Numbered from the stretch's first letter, positions 8,182 to 15,175 are shown. The stretch is DNA of 32,000 nucleotides from Xylanibacter ruminicola 23 (GCF_000025925.1 NC_014033.1:1920001-1952000), one strand, 5' to 3'. The notes: generated by a model from the sequence alone, not told the origin. Made by a program: numbers and translations.

Positions 8182-9471
8182 ATGGATAAACTTTGGAATA
8201 GGAACTACTGCAAGGTAATGGCAGCCAACTTTACGTTGTTTTTTGCCTTTTACGTGCTTACACCACTGTTGCCGCTCTACCTGAGCGAGCACTTCGGAGC
8301 CACTAAGGACGTGATCGGACTGGTGCTTTCGGGCTATACCATCACCGCCCTGCTGTTTCGTCCGTTCAGCGGCTATGTAGTAGATTCGTTTCCCCGCAAA
8401 ATGGTGCTCATGGTGTCGTTTAGCGTGTTTGCCATCTTCTTTGCCGGCTACCTGGCCGCCTCTACCCTGTTGCTGTTCACCATTGTGCGCACGCTGCATG
8501 GCGGTCCGTTCGGCGCCCTCACCGTGGCCAATTCTACCGTGGCCATCGATGTGCTGCCCAGCAGCCGTCGTACCGAGGGTATCGGCTATTACGGCTTGAG
8601 CAACAATCTGGCCATGGCCATCGCCCCCACCATCGGCATTTTCATCTACCAGCTTACCAACAGCTTCGAGTTTCTGTTCTGGTTAGCGCTCATCGTAGCC
8701 ACCACAGGCTGGCTGATCGATAGTACTGTAAAGCTTAAGCCTAGAGATTCTAGCCAGGCTAGAAGCTCAAGGCTCTCACTCGACCGCTTCTTCCTTACAC
8801 GTGGCTGGCTGTTGGGCCTGAACATGGTGGCTTTTGGCTTTAGTTTTGGTGTGCTTAGCAACTATCTGGCCATTTATGGTAAGGAGGTAATGGGTATTAC
8901 CGGTGGCACAGGCACCTATTTCATGCTGTGCTCAGTAGGTCTTATCCTCAGTCGCCTGCAGGGTAGCAAAGCCCTCCGCGACGGTCGTGTAACCCATAAC
9001 GCCGCTACCGGTATGGTCATCTCCCTGGTAGGCTACACATTGTTTATACTCATGCCAACCTTGGCTCAAAGTTCCATGGTCAATGGTCAATGTTCAATGG
9101 TCAATGGTCAATGTTCAATGGTCAATGGTCAATGGTCAATGTTCAATGGTCAATGGTCAATGTTCATCGGCTACTACGGTTCCGCATTGTTGATTGGTTT
9201 AGGCAACGGTCATATGTGGCCTGCGTTCCAGAACATGACCATCAATGTGGCCACCAACAAACAGCGTGGCACTGCCAACAGTACCATCCTTATCTCGTGG
9301 GATATCGGTATGGGATTAGGTATTCTGGCTGGTGGTATCGTAGCCGAGCTCATTAGCTATAGCGCAGCCTTCTGGACGGTAGTACTCGTTAACGGTACGG
9401 GTGTAGCCACGTATTTCCTGGCTACGCGCGCCTTCTTCCTGCGCCGTAACCTCAATCCTACCGTACGATAA
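8182..9471 (+). CDS. MFS transporter carrying a 13-unit heptamer array in frame
   Basis: The ORF is 8149..9471. The start is the ATG at 8182 (MDKLWNRNYCKVMAANF). It has multiple TM helices and MFS-like loops. Confidence 0.85.
   Translation: MDKLWNRNYCKVMAANFTLFFAFYVLTPLLPLYLSEHFGATKDVIGLVLSGYTITALLFRPFSGYVVDSFPRKMVLMVSFSVFAIFFAGYLAASTLLLFTIVRTLHGGPFGALTVANSTVAIDVLPSSRRTEGIGYYGLSNNLAMAIAPTIGIFIYQLTNSFEFLFWLALIVATTGWLIDSTVKLKPRDSSQARSSRLSLDRFFLTRGWLLGLNMVAFGFSFGVLSNYLAIYGKEVMGITGGTGTYFMLCSVGLILSRLQGSKALRDGRVTHNAATGMVISLVGYTLFILMPTLAQSSMVNGQCSMVNGQCSMVNGQWSMFNGQWSMFIGYYGSALLIGLGNGHMWPAFQNMTINVATNKQRGTANSTILISWDIGMGLGILAGGIVAELISYSAAFWTVVLVNGTGVATYFLATRAFFLRRNLNPTVR
8750..8762. repeat. perfect 13-nt palindrome CTAGCCAGGCTAG inside the MFS CDS
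   Basis: Read directly from the sequence. The identical 13-mer recurs at 11429-11441 inside mfd. Confidence 0.9.
9076..9166 (+). repeat. tandem heptanucleotide array, 13 units (ATGGTCA/ATGTTCA)
   Basis: The units run contiguously from 9076 to 9166 in the pattern GGT GGT GGGT GGT, where G=ATGGTCA and T=ATGTTCA. The array translates as SMVNGQCSMVNGQCSMVNGQWSMFNGQWSMF. Confidence 0.95.
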
Positions 9472-9480
9472 AATCAATGA

Positions 9481-10308
9481 TTAGCGTACCAGCCCCTTCT
9501 TCATGTCGCGCATCTTACAAGGTATCCAAACCGTAACATGGGTACCCTTGCCTTTCTCCGACTTCAGGTCGATGGTGCCATGCAGCCCCTCAACAATCGA
9601 CTTGCAGATAGATAAGCCCAGACCCGAACGCTGATTAAACAGTGCCAGCGAATCGTTACCCTGAATGAGTGTTGAGAAGTTCGACTTGAAGTCCTGAGGC
9701 TCACCGTCGCCTGTATCAATCACTTCTATCTTCAAGCCATTATCGGCATAATCATAATCGATGGTAATGGTACCCTCCTGGGTGTGCGCAAGCGCATTGT
9801 GCAACAGGTGTGTCATCAGCTGATACATCAGGTTGGTATCTACCATGCCCTTGGCGTGAGGCGATAATGGCGAACGTACAACTACTTGTACATTGGCACC
9901 TGCGTCGCGCTGAGCCTCACGGCGATACGACGCTATCAGCTCGGCCAGATTCACCTCTATCAAGGTAAAAGTGGCCATATTACTATCAAAGCTCGACAGT
10001 TCGAGTAGCTGCGATATAAAATACAGCAGCTGCTTACCATTCTGGTTAATGGTAGTCATCATGGCTTTCAGTTTCTTCGGATCAGACTCTTCATTATCCA
10101 GCAGCTTCTGACTATCGGTAATAATAGCATTCAAAGGCGTACGCAAGGCATGACTCACATTGGCCATAAACACCGTTTTAATACGCTCGCTACGCTGTGC
10201 ACGACCTATTTCATTTCTTAGGCGCACGTGATAATAATGCTGCACCAAAAAAAGACAGATTGCAAACAAAACCAGAATCAGAATAAAAATAATCGATTGC
10301 CAACTCAT
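9481..10308 (-). CDS. sensor histidine kinase (one TM, HisKA and HATPase_c, no obvious sensor domain)
   Basis: 275 aa. The H-box is SHALRTPLNAI and the C-terminal ATPase region contains the G-box-like segment SGLGLSICKSIVEGLHG. Confidence 0.85.
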   Translation of the reverse strand: MSWQSIIFILILVLFAICLFLVQHYYHVRLRNEIGRAQRSERIKTVFMANVSHALRTPLNAIITDSQKLLDNEESDPKKLKAMMTTINQNGKQLLYFISQLLELSSFDSNMATFTLIEVNLAELIASYRREAQRDAGANVQVVVRSPLSPHAKGMVDTNLMYQLMTHLLHNALAHTQEGTITIDYDYADNGLKIEVIDTGDGEPQDFKSNFSTLIQGNDSLALFNQRSGLGLSICKSIVEGLHGTIDLKSEKGKGTHVTVWIPCKMRDMKKGLVR

Positions 10309-10334
10309 AATGCTGTATTTTAGGTTTTAGACTG

Positions 10335-10342
10335 CAAAGATA
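10335..10342 (-). promoter_or_regulatory. -7 box (TATCTTTG) for the histidine kinase
   Basis: The reverse complement of caaagata lies 26 nt upstream of the ATG at 10308. Confidence 0.45.
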
Positions 10343-10352
10343 AGAAATAATC

Positions 10353-10390
10353 CGAAAAAAAAGAAGCAGTTAACATTTGTTAACTGCTTC
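10353..10390 (-). terminator. rho-independent terminator of hsp20
   Basis: On the minus strand a 12-bp perfect stem, GAAGCAGTTAAC-aaat-GTTAACTGCTTC, is followed by a T8 run. It starts 13 nt after the hsp20 stop. Confidence 0.8.
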
Positions 10391-10402
10391 TCCAATGTTT
10401 TA

Positions 10403-10828
10403 TTATGCAATGTCTATCTGTCGCGATAGCTTTACCTTCTCTTCTTCTATCTTAGGCAACTCTACGGTAAGTACTCCGTTCTCTACGCGTGCCTTAATGT
10501 CCTCCTTCTTCACATCGTCGGGCAGTATCAGTGTCTGCTCAAACTTCGAGTACGAGAACTCGCGGCGCAGATAGCGCATATTCTTATCCTCATCCTTGTG
10601 CTCCTGCTTCTGTTCCATCTTAATAATCAGGTTGCCCTCATCGTTAATATGAACATTAAAATCCTCCTTCTTCATGCCCGGTGCTGCAAGCTCTACGGTG
10701 TAGGCCTTGTCGCTTTCTTTTACGTTAATAGCAGGTGCTGTGCAATTTGCCTTCGGCATATACTCGGTGTCGAACAAATCTGCAAATACACTTGGAATCC
10801 AACTGTTAGTTCTCATTACTGGCATCAT
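10403..10828 (-). CDS. Hsp20/alpha-crystallin family small heat-shock protein
   Basis: 141 aa with an alpha-crystallin domain pattern (AYTVELAAPGMKKEDFNV ... ENGVLTVELPK). A strong SD, AGGAGGT, sits upstream of ATGATG. Confidence 0.9.
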   Translation of the reverse strand: MMPVMRTNSWIPSVFADLFDTEYMPKANCTAPAINVKESDKAYTVELAAPGMKKEDFNVHINDEGNLIIKMEQKQEHKDEDKNMRYLRREFSYSKFEQTLILPDDVKKEDIKARVENGVLTVELPKIEEEKVKLSRQIDIA

Positions 10829-10938
10829 AATTTTTACCTCCTAATTCTATTTTTTTAAATTGTTAAACCATGTTGTTGAGCGCCTAGTGGCGTTCACAAT
10901 CCATGATTGCAAAACAGATACCAGAGGCAAAGTATGCG

Positions 10939-13900
10939 TCAGATTGACATAATCTCCTGACAGATTGTCAGTGCAGAAGCTACAGTAGGTACTTCCGAAA
11001 TCACCACCGAATGCTTGCCCTTACCCTCGCGGAAGTTGCACTTACGGGGATAGCGCGACACGTACTGCAGTATCTTACCAAAGGCCTCGCTCTGGAAGTA
11101 AGGACTATCGTCGCGACTCACAAAGTAGAAGAACATCTTCTGCTGCTTCAGCATGATTTTCTCGATACCCAGCTGCTTACCGGCCACACGTAACGGTACC
11201 ACCAGAATCAGCTCCTCGCTCACAGCTGGTATGGCACCAAAACGGTCAACCAAACGCTTGCGATAGGCATCCAGCTGCAACTCCAACTGGGTACTGTTGG
11301 CCAGGTTGTCAAGCTCACGATACAGCAGCATGCGCTCCGAATCGCTCGGCACATACTGATCGGGGAAGTACATCTCGATATCGCTATCCAGCGCACAGTC
11401 GTCAACCCAGGAGATATTACTAGTCTCACTAGCCAGGCTAGCCGGGCTAGTTTTTCCAGCGGCAGAATCTGCCGCTGAAGCGGCCGATTCGGCCGAAGCT
11501 AGGAATTCGGGCTCTTCGTTTTTAAGCTCACTCATTGCCTGACTCAGAATCTTCTGGTACGTTTCGTAGCCCAAGTCGGCAATAAAGCCGCTCTGCTCCG
11601 AGCCCAACAGGTTTCCGGCACCACGGATGTCCAGATCCTGCATGGCGATGTTAATACCCGAACCTAAGTCGGAGAAGTTCTCGAGGGCCTCCAGTCGTCG
11701 GCGACTCTCCGGGTTCAGTGCCGAGAGTGGTGGTGCCAGCAGATAGCAGAAGGCCTTGCGGTTGCCACGTCCCACACGACCGCGCATCTGGTGCAGATCG
11801 CTCAGTCCGAAGTTATGGGCGCCATTGATAATGATGGTGTTGGCATTAGGTATGTCGATACCGTTCTCAACGATGGTGGTCGAGAGCAGTATGTCGTAAT
11901 CGTAGTTCGAGAAGTCGAGGATAATCTTTTCCAGCTCCTCGGGCTTCATCTGTCCGTGTCCGATACATATACGCGCATCGGGCACGTACTTCTGTATAAT
12001 CTCGGCTATATGCTGCAAATCTGAAATACGGTTGTTCACAAAGTACACCTGTCCGTTTCGGCTCATCTCGTAGTTCACAGCCTCGGCAATAATCTCCGGA
12101 CTAAAGGTATGGATCTCGGTCTGTATCGGATAGCGGTTAGGTGGTGGCGTTTGTATCACACTCAGATCGCGTGCGCCCACCAGCGAGAACTGCAGCGTAC
12201 GTGGTATAGGCGTGGCACTCATCGTGAGTGTATCTACCGATGTCTTCATCTGGCGCAGCTTTTCCTTGGTTGATACACCGAACTTCTGCTCCTCGTCGAT
12301 AATCAGCAGTCCCAAGTCCTTAAACTTCACGCTCTTGCTAATCAGTCGGTGCGTGCCGATGATGATATCTATCTTACCCTCGGCCAGATCTTTCTGTATA
12401 CGATTGGTATCCTTAGTGGTACGTGCACGCGTCAGGTAATCCACCGTTACAGGCATGTCTTTCAGTCGGTTGCTGAACGTACGGAAGTGCTGATAAGCCA
12501 GCACCGTAGTAGGCACCAACACTGCCACCTGCTTGCCATCCACAGCGGCTTTAAAGGCTGCACGCACAGCCACCTCGGTCTTACCAAAGCCCACATCACC
12601 GCACACCAGTCGGTCCATGGGTCGTGCCTTTTCCATATCGGCCTTCACATCCTGCGTAGCCTTCAGCTGGTCGGGTGTATCCTCATACAGGAACGATGCC
12701 TCCAGCTCGTGCTGCAGATACGAGTCGCGACTAAAGGCAAAGCCCTTTTCCTTCCTACGCTTGGCATACAGTTTTATCAGGTCGCGTGCTATCTCCTTAA
12801 TGTGCTGCTTGGTGCGCTCCTTCAGGCGCTCCCACTGCCCCGTACCCAAGGTCGAGAGTCGTGGTGCCTCGCCATTATCCTGCGACTTGTATTTGGCCAC
12901 CTTATACAGCGAGTGGATGCTCACGTAGATGGCATCGCCATGCTGATAGGTGAGCTTGATCATCTCCTGATAGCCATCGCCCTGTGGCATGCGTACCAGT
13001 CCGCCGAACCGTCCCACGCCATGATCCACGTGTACCACGTAGTCGCCAATCTCAAACTGCTGTATCTCCTTCAGCGTCAGCGCCATCTTTCCGCTACGGG
13101 CCTTGTCGCTCTTCAGGTTGTACTTATGGAAACGGTCAAATATCTGGTGGTCGGTAAAGAAGCACACCTTCAGGTCGTCGTCGATAAAACCCTCGTGCAG
13201 TGTCTTATCTACCGGTGTAAAACGTATCTGTGCATGCTCACCCTCGTTTTCGGCACGCTGTGCAAAGATATCCTTCAAGCGTTCGTTCTGCTTGGCACTG
13301 TCGGCCAGTATATACACTTGGTAGCCCTGGTGCAGATAGTTGTCGAAAGCCTGAAACAGCATCTCAAAGTTCTTATGGAACAGAGGCTGAATGGTGATAT
13401 CGAATCGGATGATGCTGCAGTCGGATATCGAGGCACGATGACCGAACTCAATCCTGCGGAAGCCCTCGGCCTGATGCATGAACTGCACGCCTGTTACCAG
13501 CGGCATATCCTCCTGGAAAGCGGCATCGATGGCATCGCGCACATACAGATAGTCCTTGGTGGCAATGATGGTATCCTGGGGCAACAACGACAGGAACGGC
13601 TCCTGAGCTGCCTCGTCGGCCTCCAGTTCGGGCACTATCTCTACCCTGTCACGTGCATCCAGCGAGAGCTGATCCTCTACCTGGAAGGTGCGCACGCTCT
13701 CCACATCGTCGCCAAAAAAGTCGATACGATACGGGTACTCGCAGCTATAGCTATACACGTCGAGGATAGAGCCACGCAACGCAAACTGTCCGGGCTCGTA
13801 CACGTAGTCCACCTCGTTAAAGCCCAACTCGCGCAACTGTTTGGTAATATCGCCTACGGGTACCTCCTGCCCTTTCTCAATCACCACCGTACGGTCGTTC

Positions 13901-14307
13901 AGCGTTTGCTTAGGCACCACCATTTCGGCCAGCGCCTCGGGATAGGTTACGATGAACACCGATTTGTCGATCTGTGTCATAACCTCGGTGCGCAGGATCT
14001 GTGAGGCAGAATCAAGCTGTCCGTACTTGATGGCACGACGGTAGCTGCTTGGGAAGAACAGCACCTGTCGGGTGCCCAACAGCTGTGTCAGGTCGTGATA
14101 AAAGTAGCCCGCCTCCTCGGCATCCTGCAGTATAAACAGGATGGGCGACTTGCACTTAGCAGCCAGACTACCAAACAACATGGGTGCACTCGAGGCCAAC
14201 AGCCCCTCAAGGAAAATACGTCGTGTAGCCGCATTTTCTATCTCATGAGCCAGCGCCGCCACCTGTGGCAACTTGGCATATACCTTCTCTAGTTCTTCTA
14301 TCTTCAT
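10939..14307 (-). CDS. mfd: transcription-repair coupling factor Mfd
   Basis: The ORF is 10939..14331. The start is the ATG at 14307 (MKIEELEKVY), downstream of the -7 box. It has the CarD-like region, the DEAD/H helicase motifs (GDVGFGKTEVA, DEEQKFG) and the TRCF C-terminal domain. Confidence 0.95.
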   Translation of the reverse strand: MKIEELEKVYAKLPQVAALAHEIENAATRRIFLEGLLASSAPMLFGSLAAKCKSPILFILQDAEEAGYFYHDLTQLLGTRQVLFFPSSYRRAIKYGQLDSASQILRTEVMTQIDKSVFIVTYPEALAEMVVPKQTLNDRTVVIEKGQEVPVGDITKQLRELGFNEVDYVYEPGQFALRGSILDVYSYSCEYPYRIDFFGDDVESVRTFQVEDQLSLDARDRVEIVPELEADEAAQEPFLSLLPQDTIIATKDYLYVRDAIDAAFQEDMPLVTGVQFMHQAEGFRRIEFGHRASISDCSIIRFDITIQPLFHKNFEMLFQAFDNYLHQGYQVYILADSAKQNERLKDIFAQRAENEGEHAQIRFTPVDKTLHEGFIDDDLKVCFFTDHQIFDRFHKYNLKSDKARSGKMALTLKEIQQFEIGDYVVHVDHGVGRFGGLVRMPQGDGYQEMIKLTYQHGDAIYVSIHSLYKVAKYKSQDNGEAPRLSTLGTGQWERLKERTKQHIKEIARDLIKLYAKRRKEKGFAFSRDSYLQHELEASFLYEDTPDQLKATQDVKADMEKARPMDRLVCGDVGFGKTEVAVRAAFKAAVDGKQVAVLVPTTVLAYQHFRTFSNRLKDMPVTVDYLTRARTTKDTNRIQKDLAEGKIDIIIGTHRLISKSVKFKDLGLLIIDEEQKFGVSTKEKLRQMKTSVDTLTMSATPIPRTLQFSLVGARDLSVIQTPPPNRYPIQTEIHTFSPEIIAEAVNYEMSRNGQVYFVNNRISDLQHIAEIIQKYVPDARICIGHGQMKPEELEKIILDFSNYDYDILLSTTIVENGIDIPNANTIIINGAHNFGLSDLHQMRGRVGRGNRKAFCYLLAPPLSALNPESRRRLEALENFSDLGSGINIAMQDLDIRGAGNLLGSEQSGFIADLGYETYQKILSQAMSELKNEEPEFLASAESAASAADSAAGKTSPASLASETSNISWVDDCALDSDIEMYFPDQYVPSDSERMLLYRELDNLANSTQLELQLDAYRKRLVDRFGAIPAVSEELILVVPLRVAGKQLGIEKIMLKQQKMFFYFVSRDDSPYFQSEAFGKILQYVSRYPRKCNFREGKGKHSVVISEVPTVASALTICQEIMSI
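11429..11495. repeat. cluster of odd-length perfect palindromes inside the mfd linker
   Basis: CTAGCCAGGCTAG (11429-11441), CTAGCCGGGCTAG (11438-11450), AGCGGCAGAATCTGCCGCT (11458-11476) and CGGCCGATTCGGCCG (11481-11495). Confidence 0.9.
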
Positions 14308-14320
14308 TGTGATTCGCGGA

Positions 14321-14328
14321 CAAAGATA
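14321..14328 (-). promoter_or_regulatory. -7 box (TATCTTTG) for mfd
   Basis: The reverse complement of caaagata lies 13 nt upstream of the ATG at 14307. Confidence 0.45.
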
Positions 14329-14336
14329 CAAAAAAA

Positions 14337-14403
14337 GGCACGAATAACGCGAATTTACACGAATTAATTTATTTTCTTCGCGTTAATTCGCGTATTTCGT
14401 GCC
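14337..14403. repeat. 67-nt palindromic element built from CRCGAATT units (copy A)
   Basis: The left arm is GGCACGAATAACGCGAATTTACACGAA and the right arm TTCGCGTTAATTCGCGTATTTCGTGCC, pairing at 23 of 27 positions. The loop is 13 nt and AT-rich. On the minus strand it is followed by T7. A near-identical copy lies at 22108-22172. Confidence 0.85.
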
Positions 14404-14448
14404 TAAACACACTCTGGCGCTACACGATTTCTTCGACAAGCGAAGCGT

Positions 14449-14550
14449 TTACACGATTTGTACGCCCGAGGCAGCTGCTCCTGCCGCTCCTAACAAGGCG
14501 GTGATTACTGCCACCACGATCTTCGCAATCGTCCTCCAGTTCTTCATCAT
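14449..14550 (-). CDS. 33-aa hydrophobic small protein ('smalltalk'-like), not in the ORF track
   Basis: The sequence is ATGATG...TAA, encoding MMKNWRTIAKIVVAVITALLGAAGAAASGVQIV. AAGGAGGA sits 4 nt upstream of the first ATG. The ORF lies directly downstream of an HU-like gene. Confidence 0.55.
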   Translation of the reverse strand: MMKNWRTIAKIVVAVITALLGAAGAAASGVQIV

Positions 14551-14603
14551 AATTCCTCCTTTCTTAATTTTTACATTATTACATTTTTACATTTTAATAA
14601 GGC

Positions 14604-14619
14604 TGGGGCCGAAGCCCCA
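14604..14619 (-). terminator. UUCG-tetraloop hairpin just after the HU-like gene; a weak terminator or a processing/attenuation site
   Basis: On the minus strand it reads TGGGGC-TTCG-GCCCCA, 5 nt after the stop. The downstream tract is AT-rich but is not a clean U-run. Confidence 0.45.
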
Positions 14620-14623
14620 AACC

Positions 14624-15058
14624 TTAATCCCCGATGGGCTCGTGGCTGCCACCGCCGTTACCACCGTTGCTTGGCTGGGTGTTGCCACCGTTGCCACCAC
14701 CGTTGCTACCGCTGTTAGCGGGCTTAGTGGTGTCGACATCGTTCTTTGGCGCCTCCTGCACACTGCAACCAGTGATGAAGGTCTTCTGACGCAGACCACT
14801 GCCATCGGTCTTTACCTCGGGCTGAAACAGCACGTGCAAGCCTTTGATGTTCTTGCTGATGCTGAAGTCAGCAGCGCTGTCAGCGCCCTCGCCACGGATA
14901 CCGATCTTAAACGATCCAAAGCCATTCAGCTTCACGCGCTTAGAATCCTGTAACTGGTCGGCCATCGTCTCGATGAGCTCAGAGATCACAGCCACGATAT
15001 CGGCCTTTTTCAAGGTACAGTTACGCTGCATGATAGCGGCCAGCATCTCCGTATCCAC
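14624..15058 (-). CDS. HU-family (Bacteroidales HU-like) DNA-binding protein with a Gly/Asn-rich C-terminal tail
   Basis: It shows the HU-fold pattern (TLKKADIVAVISELIETMADQL...VKLNGFGSFKIG) and the tail NSGSNGGGNGGNTQPSNGGNGGG. The start is uncertain, since the first start-capable codon in the open frame is GTG. Confidence 0.75.
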   Translation of the reverse strand: MDTEMLAAIMQRNCTLKKADIVAVISELIETMADQLQDSKRVKLNGFGSFKIGIRGEGADSAADFSISKNIKGLHVLFQPEVKTDGSGLRQKTFITGCSVQEAPKNDVDTTKPANSGSNGGGNGGNTQPSNGGNGGGSHEPIGD

Positions 15059-15167
15059 GGTCTGGGTAATCCAATCGTGCGCCCATAGCCAGGAAAGCAG
15101 CCCAACAAATTGATCCTGGGCTTAGATAATTAGTTGTTGTGTTAGCTACTTCGGTCATTCCGGAATG

Positions 15168-15175
15168 CAAAAGTA
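15168..15175 (-). promoter_or_regulatory. -7 box (TACTTTTG) for the HU-like gene
   Basis: The reverse complement of caaaagta lies 109 nt upstream of the GTG at 15058. Confidence 0.4.

Noticed and set aside
9076-9166. Whether the repeat arrays could be a CRISPR array or CRISPR remnants.
   Set aside because: The units are 7 nt and directly abutting, with no spacers. There are no cas genes in the window, and the arrays lie inside or at the edge of CDSs.
9481-10308. The sensor-less histidine kinase next to hsp20 as a dedicated heat or envelope-stress two-component system.
   Set aside because: There is no adjacent response regulator, a strong terminator separates it from hsp20, and it has its own -7 box. 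Adjacency alone is insufficient evidence.
12349-14004. A 551-aa plus-strand ORF, plus other long ORFs such as 22611..23378(-), 23372..24025(-), 27987..28706(-), 3751..4350(+) and 7330..8013(+).
   Set aside because: All lie antisense to or overlapping strongly supported genes (mfd, dnaX, GH51, the oxidase, the DUF4380-like gene). Their composition is Leu/His/Gln/Val-rich with no recognisable motifs, which is typical of shadow ORFs in roughly 50% GC DNA.
14399-14953. A 184-aa plus-strand ORF with TVATTVATAV-type low complexity.
   Set aside because: It is antisense to the HU-like gene and the small SD-driven ORF. The low complexity mirrors the Gly/Asn tail of the HU-like protein, and it has no promoter or start context.
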